Source of the DNA: Camelus dromedarius
Taxonomy: Eukaryota
DNA: 64,000 nt
Reading direction: 5' to 3'
NCBI RefSeq assembly: GCF_036321535.1
Contig: NC_087436.1
Span: 2,418,001 to 2,482,000 of the forward strand
The translations under genes were made by a program, and so were the position numbers. The notes under the pieces were generated by a model that was not told the DNA's origin, did not search any database, and saw nothing but the letters and a program-made list of their open reading frames with translations. Below are positions 63,883 to 64,000 of this stretch, piece by piece; the stretch's first letter is position 1, and each line of letters begins with the position of its first letter.

Positions 63883-64000
63883 GGAACGGGTTGTATTAGA
63901 AAATTTTATTCTGGTTTCTCCGTCTGTTTCCTAGTGCCGGTTTGAAGTTTCTGTAGCTTTCACTGTAAAAACGAGTTGGAGCTAGTACCTCCCCATAAAT

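Larger units (their letters stand above)
1..64000. repeat. Tandem satellite DNA array, ~249-bp monomer, ~257 head-to-tail copies, runs off both window ends (putative centromeric/pericentromeric satellite)
   Basis: Motifs TTCATCTAGCACAAAGGGAAC, CCTGCAGTTTTCACTGTAAAAC, CCCCATATATATGTATGGAG and CTCTCAGAACTGAGCATGTGG recur every ~248-249 bp from base 1 to 64000 on the same strand. Distances between identical ORF-track peptides are all near-multiples of 248-249. The centromeric label is inference from architecture only. Confidence 0.99.

Noticed and set aside
1..64000. CRISPR-like or other repeat-spacer array
   Set aside because: There are no unique spacers. The whole 249 bp is repeated with only scattered substitutions, and there are no cas genes.
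1..64000. Primate alpha satellite or mouse major satellite (CTCAGAA, GAAACTTT and TGAAAA-like words)
   Set aside because: The monomer length (249 vs 171/234 bp) and the overall sequence do not match. Only short A/T-tract words common to many satellites are shared.
1..64000. Transposon insertion, inversion or unique island within the array
   Set aside because: The monomer phase and orientation continue without a break throughout my read-through. Only 1-2 bp indels were seen.
1..64000. 5S rDNA, tRNA or snRNA tandem gene cluster
   Set aside because: I could not recognise a 5S, tRNA cloverleaf or snRNA sequence. GTTCG occurs without a proper B-box/T-arm context.

Overview
The entire 64 kb window is one uninterrupted, head-to-tail satellite DNA array of a 249-bp monomer (247-251 bp with small indels; about 257 copies; consensus about 45% GC by my count). 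All copies are in the same orientation. I found no gene, RNA gene, transposon insertion, inversion or unique sequence. Every ORF in the track is a chance translation of the same monomer. My by-eye consensus is TTCATCTAGCACAAAGGGAACGGGTTGCAGGAGAAACTTTTACTCTGGTTTCTCAGTCTGTTTCCTAGTGCCGGTTTGAAGTTCCTGCAGTTTTCACTGTAAAACCGAGTTGGAGCTAGTACCTCCCCATATATATGTATGGAGTGGAGTTTGCAACTGAAAAGAAACTTTGTGTTCCCAACAAGCTAGGTGAAGGACGGCTTTCACACACACTTATCTCTCAGAACTGAGCATGTGGAGAGACGTTCG. It looks like a eukaryotic (peri)centromeric-type satellite, but I cannot name the family or the organism. Two levels of structure stand out. First, the monomer is a degenerate palindrome: about 36-bp inverted arms with two symmetry axes roughly half a monomer apart, each on or near a short perfect dyad. 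Second, the array divides into three variant domains (about 1-25.5, 25.6-48.6 and 48.6-64 kb) built from overlapping local higher-order duplications of 1, 4, 5, 6, 7, 8, 10, 13, 17 and 23 monomers, with an irregular 10-mer HOR in the middle domain. Block boundaries were read by eye and are approximate.
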